A DNA stretch of 64,000 nt from an uncultured bacterium (GTDB taxonomy: Bacteria; Patescibacteriota; Dojkabacteria; J137). The stretch is from contig OY969472.1 of NCBI GenBank assembly GCA_963700155.1, forward strand, positions 317,511 to 381,510, read 5' to 3'. The notes below the pieces were generated by a model that searched no databases, was not told the DNA's origin, and saw only the letters and a program-made list of their open reading frames with translations. The stretch's first letter is position 1. Each line of letters opens with the position of its first letter. Positions 50,659 through 59,975 of the stretch are shown here, one piece after another. A program made the position numbers and the translations under genes.

Positions 50659-52831
50659 TGACCAAAAAAAAGAACAAAATTTAAATGACCAGAATAATCC
50701 AATTCAAGAACCTGAAAAGAAGGAGGAACTTCCTGCTGAAGATTTAACAAAAGATAATGAGCCAGCAGTTAATCCAACAGAAAAAACTCCAGGTTTTTTA
50801 GCAGCTGACATCCCTGAACAATCTGAAGATATAAATAAGCCGGTAGAAAATATACTTAACCCTAAAGTCAAACCTCAAAGTAGCTTACCAGAAGAGGTTT
50901 TGGCGAACCACAAGATTGATAGAGAAAGTTATAAGAAATCACTACAAAATGAAAATTCTAAAGAGCCGCCAAAACCTCTTTCTGAAAGTACAAAGGGCAA
51001 TCAATTCCAACAAATGATACAAAAGGTAAGAAATGTTTTTAAGAATGAATCTAATGTTGTAAAAATACTCTTAATAATACCTGCCCTGATTGCGATTTGT
51101 TTTGTTTTATTTTTCTTAGCTTATCTTGCAAATATCGATACAGCTATTTTCAAAATAAGAATGGAGGGAACAATAACTGATTCTTCAACCCAAACACCGA
51201 TTAGTTTTGCGAAGGTATATATCAATGGACAAGAAAAAGCAACTTCTGATGAGACTGGAAATTATCAAATTGATAATTTAAGTCCTCAAGTTTCAGATGT
51301 AAAAGTAACTGCAAATGGCTACGATGATTTCACAAAACAAATCGCCATTACTCGAGGGTTTTTAGCTTATACAGTAAAACAAGATTTCACACTCTCTTCT
51401 TCTCAACAGGCAAGTGTTGAAGGAAAGCTTATTGCAAATAATAATAAATATGATTTCTCAAGCGATAAAATAATTATTAATGATAAGGAATATCGAATTA
51501 ATTCAAATGGAACTTTTAATATAAATGATTTAAAAACAGGAACAATTCACTTTCAATATAATTCAATGAGCTTTAAAGACATTGATACTCAATATGTACT
51601 TCTTGCTGGTACAAATAAACTTCAGGATATAGTTCTGGAACCTGCAGGAGATATCACCGGAGTACTTAAAAGTTATGTTAGTGAAGATCTTGTACTTGGT
51701 GCACAATTTAATATTGAAAATGTCTCAGCAAGTCAGGTGAAAGTTGATGATAAAGGTAATTTTGTTATCAGTGATCTTGATGTAGATAAAAAATATAAAA
51801 TTCGAGTAATCGCAGATGGTTATAGAACAAGAGATTATGAGATAGTAATAAAACAAGGAGAAAATAAACTGTTTGACTTTAGACTTGTAGAAAACTTTAC
51901 AGCTGCTTTTTTAAGAAAAGTAGAAAACCATTCTCAATTTTTTAGATCTGACCTTGATGGTATTAATTCTGAACAAGTAACTTTTATTGATAACTTTAAT
52001 CCATTCTCATGGTATTTCAACAATTCTGAATCCACTCTTTATTTCTTAAGCAATCATGAACATTTTTCTGGGGCAGAATCTAATGTAAGGGTGGCCTATT
52101 CTGTCGATAGCAGTAATAAATTAACACGTTTAACAACGAATACTACTAATCTTGGTAAGGTTTTTGCAAACTTTAGTGCTAAAAAACTAATAAATATAGT
52201 TACTAACCATCCAGGTTATTCAACAAGTAGTCAGACTTTACAAGTTATGGATCTCAGTGGAGAAAATAAGAAAGATATTAAGTCCATTGACCAAGGAACA
52301 TTTAGTAATGTTTTGATGAGTGATGATGGAAATTATATTTTCTTTGTTGAAGACGATGGTGATAATGCAGGATTCTATAGAGTTAATATAGCAAACGGTG
52401 ATTCAAAACTAATTTCACAAGTAGAAAATGTTATACCTTATGATATAAGCAAAGATGGCGGACAAGTTGTATTTTCTAGAAAGAATTCAGCCACTGGTTT
52501 TAATGATCTTGCTTTATATAACTTTTCAAATAATGAAACAAGGATTTTAGACGAAAACTTGGATGGATTTAATTATCAATTTGTCGAAGATAATGACGAT
52601 CAGATACTCTACTTTGCCAAAAGAGCTGGAGAATTTAATGTCTATAAATTTACAATTTCTTTGAATAAAGATGAAAAAGTTACTGGTTTAACTTCAGATT
52701 ATGAAATACTAAGTATTTATCAGAATGGTAAGTATCTATTTTATTATACAAACAAAGGACTATATGTCTTAGATACTACAACTCCTAAGAACTTCAAAAT
52801 TGTAACTGATGATGTTGTAATCCCTGACTGA
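50648..52831 (+). CDS. Membrane protein with carboxypeptidase-regulatory-like repeats and a C-terminal propeller
   Basis: GTITDS..PI..AKV...SDETGNY repeats; SDDGNYIF, SKDGGQVVF. Confidence 0.75.
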   Translation: MEDNDQKKEQNLNDQNNPIQEPEKKEELPAEDLTKDNEPAVNPTEKTPGFLAADIPEQSEDINKPVENILNPKVKPQSSLPEEVLANHKIDRESYKKSLQNENSKEPPKPLSESTKGNQFQQMIQKVRNVFKNESNVVKILLIIPALIAICFVLFFLAYLANIDTAIFKIRMEGTITDSSTQTPISFAKVYINGQEKATSDETGNYQIDNLSPQVSDVKVTANGYDDFTKQIAITRGFLAYTVKQDFTLSSSQQASVEGKLIANNNKYDFSSDKIIINDKEYRINSNGTFNINDLKTGTIHFQYNSMSFKDIDTQYVLLAGTNKLQDIVLEPAGDITGVLKSYVSEDLVLGAQFNIENVSASQVKVDDKGNFVISDLDVDKKYKIRVIADGYRTRDYEIVIKQGENKLFDFRLVENFTAAFLRKVENHSQFFRSDLDGINSEQVTFIDNFNPFSWYFNNSESTLYFLSNHEHFSGAESNVRVAYSVDSSNKLTRLTTNTTNLGKVFANFSAKKLINIVTNHPGYSTSSQTLQVMDLSGENKKDIKSIDQGTFSNVLMSDDGNYIFFVEDDGDNAGFYRVNIANGDSKLISQVENVIPYDISKDGGQVVFSRKNSATGFNDLALYNFSNNETRILDENLDGFNYQFVEDNDDQILYFAKRAGEFNVYKFTISLNKDEKVTGLTSDYEILSIYQNGKYLFYYTNKGLYVLDTTTPKNFKIVTDDVVIPD

Positions 52832-52847
52832 ATGATATAATTGGTAC

Positions 52848-54023
52848 ATGAATGTAAAAGAACAATTCCCCATTTTCCAAAATAATCCTGGATTAATATA
52901 TCTGGATAATTCTGCCACAACTCAAAAACCACAAAGAGTTATTGATGCAGTTGTTGACTACTATTCAAAATATAATTCTAACGTTCATCGTGGACTTTAT
53001 CCTCTCTCTGAGAAATCAACAGGAAAATACGAATCAGCAAGAAAAATAATTGCAGAATTTCTTAATGCAGAACCTGAAGAAATTATTTTTACAAGTGGAA
53101 CAACAGACGGAATAAACTCGATTGCTGAAAGCTTAAAGTTATCCGGAATGATCAGCAATAATCCAGAGATTTTACTCACTGAATTGGAGCATCATTCGAA
53201 TATCCTCCCCTGGCAAAGAATAACAACTCAACTTGAATACTTGGAACTAGATGAAGATGAGCAATTGCTGATAAAAGCCCAAAAAGACGAATACGACATT
53301 ATCTCAACAACCCTGGTTAGCAATGTAACTGGAACAATTAATGATATTCATGAAATTTCCAAGATTAATCATAAAATTTTAATTATTGATGCAGCTCAAG
53401 CAATTGCTCATCTTCCAATTGATGTAAAAACATTAGGAGCTGATTTCATTGTGTTCTCGGGTCACAAAATGTATGGACCAACTGGAGTTGGAGTTATCTG
53501 GGGAAGAAAAGAGTTATTAGAAAAAATGGAACCATTTAGAGTTGGAGGTGGAATGATTAATGAAGTTAAAAGAGATTCAGCTACTTGGGCAGAGATTCCT
53601 GAGAAATTCGAAGCAGGAACTCCACCGATAGCACAGGTGATTGGACTAGCTGAAGCTGCAAATTTTCTTAAAGATCTGAGATTTGAAGAAATTGAAAAAC
53701 ATGAACAACACTTAAGAAAATACCTTATCGAAAATTTGCAGCAAATTGAAAATATAAAAATCTATCATCCAGATTTATCAAAAAAAGCTGTAGGGGTTAT
53801 AAGTTTCACTGTTGAAGGAATTCATCCTCATGATCTATCTCAGTTTTTAGGAGATAGAAATATTTGTGTTCGTGCCGGACACCATTGTACTCAAATTCTT
53901 CATAGAGAAGTTTTAGAAATTCCTGCTAGTGTTCGTGTGAGTTTGGCTATATATAATACTGAGGAAGATATTGATAAATTGATAAATGAAATAATCTCTG
54001 CAAAACAATATTACCTAAAGTAA
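52848..54023 (+). CDS. sufS: Cysteine desulfurase, SufS type
   Basis: YLDNSATTQKP, FSGHKMYGPTG, RAGHHC. Confidence 0.95.
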   Translation: MNVKEQFPIFQNNPGLIYLDNSATTQKPQRVIDAVVDYYSKYNSNVHRGLYPLSEKSTGKYESARKIIAEFLNAEPEEIIFTSGTTDGINSIAESLKLSGMISNNPEILLTELEHHSNILPWQRITTQLEYLELDEDEQLLIKAQKDEYDIISTTLVSNVTGTINDIHEISKINHKILIIDAAQAIAHLPIDVKTLGADFIVFSGHKMYGPTGVGVIWGRKELLEKMEPFRVGGGMINEVKRDSATWAEIPEKFEAGTPPIAQVIGLAEAANFLKDLRFEEIEKHEQHLRKYLIENLQQIENIKIYHPDLSKKAVGVISFTVEGIHPHDLSQFLGDRNICVRAGHHCTQILHREVLEIPASVRVSLAIYNTEEDIDKLINEIISAKQYYLK

Positions 54024-54027
54024 TACT

Positions 54028-55316
54028 TTACTTAAGATGCCAATAAGCAGTAATAATACCATCATCTCCTACAACTTTTGCATAGTTTGCACAACCATTC
54101 AAAAGACTTGGATCTAAACCAGGATAACAATATGTGCCTCTCGTTAACCAACCTGAATTTGCTGCATAAACAGGCTGGTTAGTAACCGGCAATGCAACAA
54201 TATCTATTGCATTATGAGCATATGGACCACTATAACCTTGAGTCATTACAACATTACCTTTTAGAGGGAGTTGTAATGGATTACCTGATGAACCACAACC
54301 ATCGCCTGGTTTTAAATAATCACATGGATTTTTATTAAGACCATTTACATATACCTCAAAATGCAAATGAGTTCCTGAAGTTGGATTACTTGGAGATGGT
54401 AGTGGGATAACATATCCAGTATTACCCATAATACCTATTACCGTTCCAGCATAAACATAAGTATTTGAAGGAACTTGAGTAAGTATCAATTGCTGCATAG
54501 CCAAAATTTGCTCTGCATTTAGATGTTCTTCTGTATTTTGAAGTTCATTAATTTTTGATTTCTGATGCGTTATTAGTCTCTTGCAACTGATTAATTGCTG
54601 AATAATATTCCGACAAGTTTAAGATCCACATCTTCCTTTTTCTTGTCTAAATCTGATTTTTTAACATCTTCATCTTCCTTTGATCTCTTTAGCTCGATTA
54701 ATTTTCTATCAAGTTCTTTCTTTTTATCCGATAGTTCTTGCTTTAATTGTGCTACTTTCACCATTAACTCATTAGTACTTGATTGAATTAACTCTTTATA
54801 TTGAGAATCTTTAAAGTAATTATTTATATTATCAATTACCAAAATTTTACTTCCACCTTCAATGTTTCCATACATTCGATAGTTCATATAACTATTCTTG
54901 ATTCTTAAGCTTGACTCTGTTTCAAGACCTGCAATTGTATCTTCCGTACTCTTAATCAGTTTCTGGTTATCTGAAATTTGACCGTTTAAAATTTCTATAT
55001 TTGTTTGTAACTGTTCAATTTCAAGCCTAAGCTGATCAATCTGTTTTTGATACAGCTGTGCTTCACCTTGCAAACTTGAAACTTGTGAATTATATCCATT
55101 AATAGTATAGGTATTGGAATCCAATTGAGCCTGTAGTTCTGCTTCTTGAGCTCTAATATCGTCTAACTGCTTTTGGAGTCTATCAACTTTTTCCTGAGGA
55201 GTTTCTGCAAAAACTTTATATTCTGAGAATGAAACTATTTGTGAAAAAGGCGCAGCAAATAGAGCAAACAAAAGCACAACAAGAATTAGATTTTTTATAT
55301 TGAAAAGCTTTTTCAT
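54028..55316 (-). CDS. Secreted coiled-coil murein hydrolase with a circularly permuted M23 domain (two +1 indels in 54560-54615)
   Basis: Signal peptide and long coiled coil; HLHFEV precedes HNAID; removing two extra bases joins the ORFs. Confidence 0.8.
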
Positions 55317-55426
55317 AATAGTTAAAAATACTTACATTATATATATTATATGGAGAATACATTTCATGCAAGTTTAAGTCTATAATAGCCTATTCCTGCA
55401 AACCTTTTACGTGTATAATATCGTAT

Positions 55427-57949
55427 ATGAATCTGGGAAACATTCCTACACTTATCTTAACAGCCTTTGTAATAGGATTTATTTTGTATATACTCTATTT
55501 GAGGTTTCTTCATTTAAAGACTACAGTTCATGAAGAGATTAAAGATAAAGTACTTCTGAAAATCTCTGTTCCTGTAAAAAATGATAAAAAAGCTTTAGCA
55601 GCAGAACAAATGTTCCAGTCATTACATGGAATTCTTAAACATGAAGAAAAATCTTTAGATCACTACTCTTTTGAAATATTTGCTGCTGCTCATGGGATTT
55701 ATTTTGTTGTTGGGTGTCAAAGAAGATATAAAACTTTTTTAGAGAACCAGATTTATGCTCAATATCCTGAAGCTCAAATTACTGAAGTTACTGACTATGC
55801 TTCAACAGGGCAAGGATATAATTATGCTTTCTCAGAACTAAGACTATCAAAAGAATTTTTTTTACCAATAAAAACATTTACAAGCTTTGAAGTTGATCCT
55901 TTAGCTTCAATTACTGGGGCTGTCGCAAACTTAGAAAATAATTATGAAGCTTGGATTCAAGTAGTAACAAGACCTGTTGATAACAAATGGCAAGATAAAG
56001 GTAAAAAATATGTAGAAACAGCTCGTCAAACAAAAACCGAATCAGGAGAATCAAAAGCATTATCTGAATCAATTTTAGAGAATCTAAAAGAAATTGAAAA
56101 AAAATCGAGTAAAGTCGGTTTTCAGTTTATTATAAGAATAGTTGTTAAGGGATTAGACCCTGTAACATCCCAACATTATCTTGAAGATATTGAAGCTGCT
56201 TTCAAACAATTCCAGACTGCACAACAAAACAGCATAATAAAACCAAAGAAAAAAAAGAAATCTATATTTAAAAAATTTAATGAAAATGTAACTAGTTTAA
56301 TTCAAGGAAAACGAGAAGGTGAAAAATTAAATATATTACAAAAATATACTGCAAGGTTTTTAGATGAAAATGAAGAAAATATTTTAAATACAGAAGAATT
56401 AGCATCAATCTACCACCTCCCTAACGAATCTGTAAAAACACCAAATATATCTTGGGCAAAATCACGAAAATTAGAGTTTCCACTGAATCTACCTATTGTT
56501 CAACCGAGAAATGATGACAAGAATATAAGACCATTCGCTTTAACAGATTATAGAAATATCCACCTCCCATTTGGTATAAAAAAAGAAGATCGAAGAAGGC
56601 ATATGTACTTATTAGGAAAAACAGGAACTGGTAAAACTACATTTTTAAAGAACATGATTGTCGGAGATATTATGGATGGAAATGGTCTAGCTGTTTTAGA
56701 TCCTCATGGAGATCTTGTAGAAGAATTATTAGATTTAATACCGGAAAATAGAATTCAAGATGTAGTATATCTTGACCCATCTGACGTTGAATGGCCAGTA
56801 GGTCTTAATATGCTTGATATTCATCCTGATGAAACTAAGGACCTACTGGCCGACGGAATAGTAAATGTTTTTAAAAAGTTTTTTGAAGATTCATGGGGTC
56901 CAAGGCTTCAATATATACTGACTAATACTTTAATAACATTGCTTGAATGCCAGAACGTCTCGCTTTTGGCGGTTCAGAGAATTTTAACAGATAGAAATTA
57001 CAGGAAATTCTTACTAAAACAAGTGAAAGATCCATTTTTATTAAAATTCTGGAATGATGAATTTGATGCAATGAGCCAAAACCCAAGAATGCTTGCTGAA
57101 GCCTTGGCACCAATCCAAAACAAAGTCGGTCGATTTTTGAATTCAACAATGGTAAGAAATATGCTTGGACAGATAAAGTCCTCAATTAGTCTGCAGGATA
57201 TTATGAATCAACAAAAAATATTATTAGTAAATCTATCTCAAGGTAAAATCGGTGAAGAAAACTCTTCTCTTTTAGGAGCTATGATTGTAACAAGAATGTA
57301 TTCAAACGCAATGCAGAGAGCAAAGATTCCTGTAGAGCAAAGAAAAGACTTTTATTTGTATGTTGATGAGTTCCAAAACTTTGCGACTGATTCGTTTATA
57401 AAAATACTTTCAGAAGCTAGAAAATATGGACTTAACCTTATCGTTACTCACCAATATATCGACCAGATAGATGAAGGAATTCAGGATGCAATCTTCGGGA
57501 ATGTTGGTACATTAATGAATTATGTTGTCGGTCAAAAAGACTCTTTAAGATTAGAGCAGGAATACACTCCACATTTAACTTCTGAAGATTTGATAAATCT
57601 TGATAGATATAGATTAGCTATGAAGATGACAATTGAGGGAGCCCAGACTCCTCCATTTACTGCGATTGCATTAAAGCCTAGCTATTATGAATATAAATTA
57701 AAAGAGCAAATCAAGAACTATGGAAGAGAAACATATGCAAAATCAAGAGCGGAAGTTGAATTAAAGTTAAATAAGTGGGCAAGCCAAGTTTATGATAAAA
57801 AAGGTAATTTAATGCAGCCTGGTCAAAAATATGATAATTTTGAGCAGAAAAAAGAAAATAGAGACGAGAATAAAGCAGAAGGTAAAGAAAATACAAATCA
57901 AATTACTACAAGAGTAACTTCTCAAACAAACAATCCAGAGAAAAAATGA
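55427..57949 (+). CDS. VirB4/TraG/TrwB-like (HerA/FtsK superfamily) ATPase
   Basis: RRHMYLLGKTGTGKT, LDPHGDL, LYVDEFQNF, SEARKYGL, THQYIDQ. Confidence 0.88.
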   Translation: MNLGNIPTLILTAFVIGFILYILYLRFLHLKTTVHEEIKDKVLLKISVPVKNDKKALAAEQMFQSLHGILKHEEKSLDHYSFEIFAAAHGIYFVVGCQRRYKTFLENQIYAQYPEAQITEVTDYASTGQGYNYAFSELRLSKEFFLPIKTFTSFEVDPLASITGAVANLENNYEAWIQVVTRPVDNKWQDKGKKYVETARQTKTESGESKALSESILENLKEIEKKSSKVGFQFIIRIVVKGLDPVTSQHYLEDIEAAFKQFQTAQQNSIIKPKKKKKSIFKKFNENVTSLIQGKREGEKLNILQKYTARFLDENEENILNTEELASIYHLPNESVKTPNISWAKSRKLEFPLNLPIVQPRNDDKNIRPFALTDYRNIHLPFGIKKEDRRRHMYLLGKTGTGKTTFLKNMIVGDIMDGNGLAVLDPHGDLVEELLDLIPENRIQDVVYLDPSDVEWPVGLNMLDIHPDETKDLLADGIVNVFKKFFEDSWGPRLQYILTNTLITLLECQNVSLLAVQRILTDRNYRKFLLKQVKDPFLLKFWNDEFDAMSQNPRMLAEALAPIQNKVGRFLNSTMVRNMLGQIKSSISLQDIMNQQKILLVNLSQGKIGEENSSLLGAMIVTRMYSNAMQRAKIPVEQRKDFYLYVDEFQNFATDSFIKILSEARKYGLNLIVTHQYIDQIDEGIQDAIFGNVGTLMNYVVGQKDSLRLEQEYTPHLTSEDLINLDRYRLAMKMTIEGAQTPPFTAIALKPSYYEYKLKEQIKNYGRETYAKSRAEVELKLNKWASQVYDKKGNLMQPGQKYDNFEQKKENRDENKAEGKENTNQITTRVTSQTNNPEKK

Positions 57950-57988
57950 TGAAGCTAATAAATCAAATACCTTGAATTAGTGGGACAA

Positions 57989-58011
57989 TGGGCGGCGCTT
58001 TGCGCCGCCCA
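57989..58011. terminator. GC-rich hairpin ending convergent transcripts
   Basis: TGGGCGGCGC-TTT-GCGCCGCCCA. Confidence 0.65.
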
Positions 58012-58012
58012 G

Positions 58013-58165
58013 AGAGAGTTTGATCACCTCCAGTCAACGGTTTCCCTTTGGAATTCGGATTCGAAGGTACCCCCTGTTTAGGTTAGGTACGACTCTAATT
58101 CCTCCTCTCCAAGCTCTCCCGCGACCTTTGGTGTAGGACTTTTTTTGTGCCATTTCAAACTCCCT
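58013..58165 (-). ncRNA. Candidate rod-like structured RNA (6S-like architecture or structured small mRNA)
   Basis: Nested stems with G-U pairs favouring the minus strand; extended -10 TGATAAAAT at 58208-58216; hairpin at the 3' end. Confidence 0.55.
58034..58153 (-). CDS. Candidate 39-aa Arg/Lys/Gly-rich peptide
   Basis: MAQKKSYTKGRGRAWRGGIRVVPNLNRGYLRIRIPKGNR*, preceded by GGGAG. Confidence 0.4.
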   Translation of the reverse strand: MAQKKSYTKGRGRAWRGGIRVVPNLNRGYLRIRIPKGNR

Positions 58166-58341
58166 AAAAATTTTTGCCCAGCTCTCATTCGGCATGGGTT
58201 AAATCGAATTTTATCACAAATAAAAATATGTTACCAATATATAATGACTAAACCTAGATTTTTATTAAAATATCTTATATAATTCATAATCGAAAATTTA
58301 GTTTCTCTCTTATGCTTTAACGCTAAGAGAGAGGGGGTATT

Positions 58342-58476
58342 ATGAAATCCAGATTCAAAAAAAAAGAATTCGGTCTTTGTTCCAAGCGCAAAAAAAAGAA
58401 ACAGGGAAGTAATGAGGACCGCCGTACCGACAACAAGATACGGCGTGTTAAAAAAGAAAAAGAAACTACAACCTAA
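58342..58476 (+). CDS. Candidate 44-aa highly basic peptide
   Basis: MKSRFKKKEFGLCSKRKKKKQGSNEDRRTDNKIRRVKKEKETTT*; TATAAT 58278-58283, SD GAGGGGG, downstream hairpin. Confidence 0.5.
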   Translation: MKSRFKKKEFGLCSKRKKKKQGSNEDRRTDNKIRRVKKEKETTT

Positions 58477-58486
58477 TATTTTCGAT

Positions 58487-58510
58487 CAGGGGCGGGCGTG
58501 CCCGCCCCTG
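58487..58510 (+). terminator. GC-rich hairpin after the 44-aa ORF
   Basis: CAGGGGCGGGC-GT-GCCCGCCCCTG. Confidence 0.65.
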
Positions 58511-58587
58511 TTAAACCGAAACTTACCATCTCGTAAACTTCATAAATTTATTCTAGAATATTTGAAATTATTTATAAGCAAAAAGAT

Positions 58588-59193
58588 ATGCTTCAAAAAC
58601 TACTTCCACTTAATTTGAAGATGAATAAATTAATAAAATTCATGATTTATTCTGATCTAATTTTTCAGACTGGCTGGGGTTTAATTAATCCAATTATTGC
58701 AGTGTTTATAACAGACCAAATTACAGGAGCTGATGTTGCCGTTGTTGGTATTGCAGCTACAATTTATCTTGTTGTGCAAAGCATCATTCAAATTCCTATT
58801 TCTCATTATATTGACTCAAAAAAAGGAGAATTTGATGACTATAGAATTATGATTGTCGGAAGTGTTCTTTTAGCAAGTTCAGCGTTCTTATATATTTTTG
58901 CTAAAGAAATCTGGCATGTTTATTTAATACAGATTGTAGGTGGTATTGGGGCAGGATTATCTTATCCAGGATGGGTTGCCATCTTTACAAGACATATTGA
59001 CAAAAATCGTGAGGGATTTGAATGGAGTTTTTATTCAACACTTGTTAACTTAGGAACAGCTTTAACAGCAGCTATTGGAGGATTAGCTGCTAATGCTTTT
59101 GGATATAAATATTTATTTTTAACAGTTGGTATACTTTCAATAATCGGCACCTTATTTCTGTTTTTTATACATTCAAGCCTAAAGAAGAAATAA
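58588..59193 (+). CDS. Half-size (6-TM) MFS protein
   Basis: MFS N-domain pattern, AIFTRHIDKNREGFEW. Confidence 0.75.
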   Translation: MLQKLLPLNLKMNKLIKFMIYSDLIFQTGWGLINPIIAVFITDQITGADVAVVGIAATIYLVVQSIIQIPISHYIDSKKGEFDDYRIMIVGSVLLASSAFLYIFAKEIWHVYLIQIVGGIGAGLSYPGWVAIFTRHIDKNREGFEWSFYSTLVNLGTALTAAIGGLAANAFGYKYLFLTVGILSIIGTLFLFFIHSSLKKK

Positions 59194-59898
59194 TTAACTT
59201 TCAGGTATTAAAGTTAATACTTCACATTCAGCAATATTTGCTAAAGCATCTGAATCTGATAAAGTTCCTGCAATTCCTGCATCATTATGCATAGGTATTG
59301 CTATCTTTGGTTTTATAGTATTTATAGCTTCTGCTGCTTCTTGAACACTCATAACATAAGTTCCAGAAACCGGAATCATTATTATATCTACTTTCATTGG
59401 TTCTTTCATTTCATTAATAAAGTCTGTGTCACCAGTATGATAGATAAATACATTCTCATCATCTGCAATATTTACAAATTCTAAAAGAAAACCTAATCCA
59501 TTATTTTCTTTTGGATGGAAAGGTTTTCCTGGTTCTTGGAATTTATTGATATTGTAAGCGGGTTTGGAATGGATTTTAAAGTTTTCAAAGTCTTTAGTTT
59601 CATTTGGATTCATCTCAATAAAATTTGGAATATTCATTCCTTCCAAACCCGCTTTAACTAGTTCATTTCCTATAACAACTGTTTCAACTTTTAAGATTTT
59701 TTGAAGGCTGACTTTATCTAAGTGATCGAAATGTTCATGAGAAATTAAAATAAAGTCAGCCTTTGGTTGCTCATCAGGCAGCTTATAAGGATCAATATAA
59801 ATATTTTTATAATCTTGCATTGTACTATCTGTTGGATAATCTATCCTAAATCCATCATGCAAATATTTCGTTATTTTTAAATTTTTATATTCATACAT
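59194..59898 (-). CDS. MBL-fold metallo-hydrolase
   Basis: SHEHFDHLD, YHTGDT, PMH. Confidence 0.9.
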   Translation of the reverse strand: MYEYKNLKITKYLHDGFRIDYPTDSTMQDYKNIYIDPYKLPDEQPKADFILISHEHFDHLDKVSLQKILKVETVVIGNELVKAGLEGMNIPNFIEMNPNETKDFENFKIHSKPAYNINKFQEPGKPFHPKENNGLGFLLEFVNIADDENVFIYHTGDTDFINEMKEPMKVDIIMIPVSGTYVMSVQEAAEAINTIKPKIAIPMHNDAGIAGTLSDSDALANIAECEVLTLIPES

Positions 59899-59975
59899 AA
59901 AAAAATACTAACAAATATACTTTATTTTACTATAAATATTATTTTTACTTTTTTGGTTAAAAACTAGTAAAAGCT

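Noticed and set aside
27581-55316. Split genes (rpiB, nfo, ABC permease, 45875-46133 ORF, GT4, M23 hydrolase) as programmed frameshifts or pseudogenes
   Set aside because: Each is repaired by a single-base indel in a short homopolymer, with no other decay and no common slippery motif. Long-read consensus error is the simpler explanation; confirm with short reads.
55427-57949. Conjugative element/ICE
   Set aside because: No relaxase, integrase or mating-pair genes nearby; such ATPases are common chromosomal genes in CPR.
58015-58031. 16S rRNA gene fragment
   Set aside because: Only the short terminal motifs match; the flanks are not rRNA-like.
57985-58200. SRP RNA, tmRNA or RNase P RNA
   Set aside because: No SRP helix-8 motif, no tRNA-like ends and no RNase P conserved regions were recognised.
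58412-58618. 68-aa ORF in the provided track
   Set aside because: It reads through a strong hairpin and overlaps the MFS gene. The 58342-58476 frame has a promoter, an SD and a downstream hairpin.
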